Assembly: GCF_009914755.1 (NCBI RefSeq)
Contig: NC_060925.1
DNA from: the human T2T-CHM13v2.0 reference genome, Homo sapiens
Length of the DNA stretch: 64,000 nucleotides
Direction: 5' to 3' (one strand)
The notes beneath the pieces are model-generated. The model was not told where the DNA came from. It saw only the letters and a list, made by a program, of their open reading frames with translations, and did not search any database. A program made the position numbers and the translations under genes. Below are positions 60,565-64,000 of this stretch, one piece after another; positions within the stretch are counted from its first letter, which is position 1; the number at the start of each line of letters is the position of its first letter.

Positions 60565-61006
60565 AGTAGGGTGGTAGGCAGAATAACACTCCTGAAAGAT
60601 GTGCATGTTCTAATCCCTGGAACATGTGAACAGGTTGTCTCACAGGGCAAAAGGGCTTTGCATATATGATTATATTAAAGATTTGAGATGGGGAGATTAT
60701 CCTAGATTATCTGGGTGGGCACAATGCAATTACATAGGTCCTTAAAAGAGTTAAAAAAGGATTTGAGGATGGAGGAAGGAACTATGAGTCAAGGATGCAG
60801 GCAGCATCTGGAAGCTGGAAAAAACAAGGGAGCAGATTCCCCATAGAGCCTTCAGAAAGAACATAGCCCTGCTGACACCTTGATTTTAGCCCCGTGAAAT
60901 CCATTTCAGATTGCTGATCTCCATAACTGTGAAATAATAAATCTGTGTTGTTTTAAGCCACCAGAGTTGTGGTGATTTATTATCACAGCAATAGGAAACG
61001 AATACA
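60565..61006 (+). mobile_element. ERVL-MaLR solo LTR (MLT1C/D-like)
   Basis: ggtaggcagaataac...gagattatcctagattatctgggtgggc...gctgacaccttgattttagccc...cagcaataggaaacgaataca. Confidence 0.85.
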
Positions 61007-61194
61007 GTAGGTAACCAACAGACATTTTAAATTCTTGAGTTTTGAAAAAGGCCTTAATACCTGTCTACTGTGATCCTTATCCTGAATTCCCCTTTTTATG
61101 ACTTCTGTCAAAGGGGAAGCCTGTGGTGGGAATTGGGATTGGAAAGAAGAGTACAGCCAAAGGAAAATGGGAGATGAGAAAGCATAGGTAAGTA

Positions 61195-61835
61195 TGCTTT
61201 ATTTTGGAGACATAATTCATGTAACATTTCACCCATTTAAAGTATAGAGTTCAGTAGATTTTAACATATTCAAAGAGTTGTGCGACCATCACCACAATTG
61301 ATTTGGGAACATTTCATCATTCCAAAAGGAAATCTACCTATTAGCAGTCATTCTCTAATCCCTCTCACCCCCAATTCCTGGCAACCATTAATCTACTTTC
61401 TGTCTCTATAGATTGATCTATTGTAGACATTTTACACGCATGGAATCATACTGTATGTGGCATTTTATGTCAGGCTTCTTTCACTTGGTATAATATTTTC
61501 AGGGTTCATCCATGTTGCAGCATGCATCAGAACTTCATTCCTTTCTATTGCTGAGTAATATTCCATTGCATGGATAGGACCACATTTTGTTTAACAATTC
61601 ATCAGTTGATGGACATTTGGGTCGTTCACACTTTTGGCTTTTATGAATGATGCTGCTATGAATAATTGTATGCAAATTTTTGTGTGGATATATACTTCCA
61701 TTTCTCTTGGCCGTATACCTAGGAGTGGAATATCTAGGTCATTTGGTGACTTTATGTTTAAACCTTTGGGGAGCTACTAGTCTGTTTTCCGAAGGAGCTG
61801 CACCATTTTCTTATACCTTCCCACAAGCAATGCAT
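61195..61835 (-). mobile_element. L1MB-type LINE-1 3' end
   Basis: ttcacccatttaaagtatagagttcagt...cctggcaaccattaatctactttctgtctctatagatt...ttcatcagttgatggacatttgggt. Confidence 0.85.
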
Positions 61836-62284
61836 GAGAAACCATCATCCACAGGAATTCTTGCTGGCCTCTGAAAGTTAGGTAAAGGACATAAAATGCA
61901 AAATGTGGATAAGAAAGAGTGGCCTGGATGTTTTCAGAAGTAAAACAGCATCAAAAGAAACTTGGGTGACCAGTTGGCCTGGAAACTCTTGAATGATACC
62001 TGGATTTTTTTTTTTTCTTTCTGAGAAACAGTTCATACTGGCTAAAATCTATCGGCAAATGGCTGCAATAAATTATTTTGATGATTTTAGTCTGTTTGGT
62101 TTCTTTGCATTTCATTTGATTAGTTTTTGAGAAATTCTGATGACTAATGCCTCTGAAGAGCTTCTTGAACCACAACACAATGGGGCAGGACTAAGTGCTC
62201 CATATGAATAAACACATACTATTATTCTTAGTTAAAAATAACATCATTTCAAGTTGAAAAGCATTGTGCATTTTGGAATTTTCA

Positions 62285-62927
62285 TTAATTTGTTAGGGTT
62301 GACATAATAAAGTACCACAGACAAGGTGGCTTAAACAACAGAAATGTATTCTCTCATAATTCTGACGGCTGAGAGCTGAATCAAGGTATTGGCAGGTGTT
62401 GTTTCCTCGGAGGCCTCTCTCCTTGGCTTATAGGTGGCCATCTTCACCACCTATGGGTATGTCTTCACATGGCCTTCCCTTTATGTGTATCTGTGTCTTA
62501 ATCTGCTCTTGTAAGGATATCAGTCATGAGGGCCCCCCTTGATAACTTCATTTACCTTAGTTACCTCTTTTTTTTTTTCTTTCTGAGACAGAGTCTCACT
62601 CTATCACCCAGGCTGCTGTGCAGTGGCACCATTTCAGCTCACTGCAACCTCCTCCTCCTGGGTTCAAGTGATTCTCTTGCCTCAGCCTCCTGAGTAGCTG
62701 AGATTACAGGTGTGTGACACCATGCCCGGCTAATTTTTGTATTTTTAGTAGAGACGGGGTTTTGCCATGTTGGTCAGGTTGGTCTCGAACCCCTGACCTT
62801 GTGATTTGCCTGCCTCGGCCTCCCAAAGTGCCTACCTTAGTTACCTCTTTAAAGACCTTACCTCCATATACTGGGGGTTAGGACTTCAACATAGGAATTT
62901 TTGGGGGATACAATTCAGCCCAAGACA
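62285..62927 (-). mobile_element. MLT1A/B-like MaLR LTR interrupted by an Alu
   Basis: aaagtaccacagacaaggtggcttaaacaacagaaatgtatt ... gggggttaggacttcaacataggaatttttgggggatacaattcagccc. Confidence 0.8.
62571..62832 (-). mobile_element. 5'-truncated AluS
   Basis: Alu stops at cccaaagtgc; 18-bp TSD taccttagttacctcttt at 62553-62570 and 62833-62850. Confidence 0.92.
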
Positions 62928-64000
62928 AAGTTCAGTATCATAAAATCATACTTACTATACCAAAGGGGTCTGGGCTAGTGGAGAAAACAGACTTTAAAAA
63001 TCTATATTATTTTTACTGTGTGTCTTTAGGTAAAAGCATAAGCCTCAAGTCCTTATTAAACATGGAAAGATGTTTATTCTTGGTGCAAGAATGAAGGGTA
63101 CTGTGCGACTTAGAGCAGACTCGAGAAAAGGTTAAGTGGATGGATTCTTAATTGTTCTTCTACCTTCCCCTACGTTTCCCCCTCACTCATTACAGTTAGG
63201 TATCAATATCTTCTTGCTGTAACCCTTCCATTAAAACCTGTTCTCACTATCTGCAACTTATTCATGCTATAATATGAATGTCCGACAACCACTTCAGGAG
63301 TTTTTTTCTGCTTAATGTTTTATTTTTCCAGAGACCCGAGCCTTAAGCCAAAGGAGTCATGCCTTAAAGGAATTTCAGAGATCAGTTAGGGGATGAAGAA
63401 AGTATTTCCTGAAATCCTTTTCAGTACCCTGGATATCACCCCACCCAGATAATTGCTTACTCACCCTTTTACAATGTCAGCCTTGATGATAACTCAGACG
63501 AAAGATGTACTTAATTAAAAATAAAGCCCAACACCAGAGAAAGATGTCTTGTAGACAAATTTTCTAGCCCTAGTGTTACCCACCTGTGTTGCTAATGATG
63601 GTATACTTTTTAATGTGAGTCAACACGTGCTGGCTCCCATTTTCAGTGTTCCTAGATTTTTATCTGCCTGCCTTATTTTCAGAGGAACTGGCCTAACATC
63701 TCATGAGTGTTGATACTATTAGAACTGACCAATATTTGGGTTGGTTGGGGGGTGGGGTGGGCCTGGGAGGCTGGCTTTCCTGTTGGTCTCTAGCCTGTAG
63801 AACTGTTGTTGTCGATCATGTAGAATGAAAACTCCAACTTTAATGGTGCTCATTACATCATTCACTGTCTGAAGAGCATGCACACTGTAAGTTACCACAA
63901 GAAATGATAGCCGAGGATGGAAGCCTGAATATATTTGATCTTCATGATTTCAGTGTCTGGAGTGATGACTAGATATCTTTGTACCACTTTCCTTTCTAGT

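Overview
Primate (human-like) repeat-rich intergenic DNA with no intact protein-coding gene that I can support. The only gene-derived feature is a full-length, intronless DCTN5 (dynactin p25) processed pseudogene on the + strand (about 10459-13820). It has a 5'UTR, a CDS broken by a 1-nt deletion and a TGA, about 2.7 kb of 3'UTR, a poly(A) remnant and a target-site duplication (TSD). The rest is Alu, L1, L2, MIR, CR1, ERV1/MaLR LTRs, Tigger-family DNA transposons and simple repeats. The most interesting structures are: (1) a small CpG-rich element at about 28.8 kb with a full CRE, an RFX X-box and an overlapping MYB core, which I hypothesise is a germline promoter whose leftward transcript would be antisense to the DCTN5 retrocopy (possible pseudogene-derived piRNA source; inference only); (2) an Alu whose right arm has been replaced by an inverted copy of sequence about 1 kb downstream; (3) a 211-213 bp dispersed direct duplication; (4) a 1.2 kb (TGG)-based repeat with higher-order structure; (5) a second X-box paired with an AP-1 site at about 41.5 kb. 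Repeat subfamily names come from recalled consensus sequences, not from a search, and most repeat boundaries are approximate.
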